Of a stretch of DNA of 64,000 nt, positions 63,533 to 64,000 are shown piece after piece. The stretch spans positions 807,246 through 871,245 of the forward strand of contig NW_003314269.1 in assembly GCF_000143415.4 (NCBI RefSeq), in the 5' to 3' direction. Numbering within the stretch: position 1 is the first letter of the stretch; each line of letters starts with the position of its first letter. Under the pieces are notes generated by a model that was given only the letters and a program-made list of their open reading frames with translations, was not told the DNA's origin and did no database searches. The stretch is from Selaginella moellendorffii. Taxonomy: Eukaryota > Plantae > Lycopodiophyta. The position numbers and the translations under genes were made by a program.

Positions 63533-63898
63533 TGTAGATTCCTGGAGCTATGTCAACGCTGTTTGAAGTAGCAGAGCTTGGCGGGCTCAAGAACTTGTCC
63601 TTGCTACTCATCGTTTCCTCCACGGGCTCCATGCAAAAGGACTTCGCCAAGCCTGGAGAAAGAACTACATGAGAAGAGCGAGGGAAATCGCACCAAACAC
63701 CTTCGGGATGGCACAAGGACCTTGTCAATCCCGCTGCATTGGCGCGCCATCATCGCTAGAACGATCGATTGAGAGGCAAGCACGATTTACAAGGGGCAAA
63801 AGACCCTGAGAACCTGGAGATGGAGCCGGCGATGGCGCCGATAGCCGGGAACGCATCGCTGCTCGCATCGAAGACCTGAGCGCTATCACGGCCATCAT
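62756..63898 (-). CDS. SSB: Organellar single-stranded DNA-binding protein
   Basis: R/S-rich transit peptide, PGIYK, VQWHRICVF, VYVEGNIETRVY and EISIR. Confidence 0.88.
63262..63525. repeat. Intronic AAAGTTTCGATCTACC repeats (~81-bp higher-order duplication) followed by (GA)n
   Basis: Directly visible within the SSB intron. Confidence 0.85.
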
Positions 63899-64000
63899 AA
63901 ACCCTAAACCCTCCAAAGAGAATTTACTGTCTCTCTTCTTCCTCCTCCCTCCTACTTCTTCTTCTGGCCTTCTTCTTCTGGCGCTCCAAATCCAAGCGAG

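Overview
Plant nuclear DNA. Very short introns, GC-rich coding sequence, compact spacing and S-rich PLS-type PPR genes suggest a lycophyte such as Selaginella (inference). Two AT-rich, methylation-decayed blocks (~1-5.4 kb and ~10.9-20.3 kb) hold Copia relics, a palindromic tandem array, an AT-rich B-lectin pseudogene, a complete 5S-rDNA-bearing Cassandra TRIM and a Cassandra solo LTR. The 5.4-47 kb portion is a rearranged accessory zone: a BAHD pseudogene, an orphan repeat protein, PPR, DHAR, nsLTP, an SLC25 carrier, patchwork PPR/LRR/carrier fragments, an LRR-X RLK with its kinase-less RLP paralog, and a nested Copia-in-Copia insertion containing a telomere-repeat repair scar. From 48 to 64 kb there is a dense run of conserved genes: MOC1, a SET/LSMT-like gene, FPA, MKK3, mS23-like, TPD1, SDIR1 and organellar SSB. 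All calls are manual motif recognition; no searches were run.
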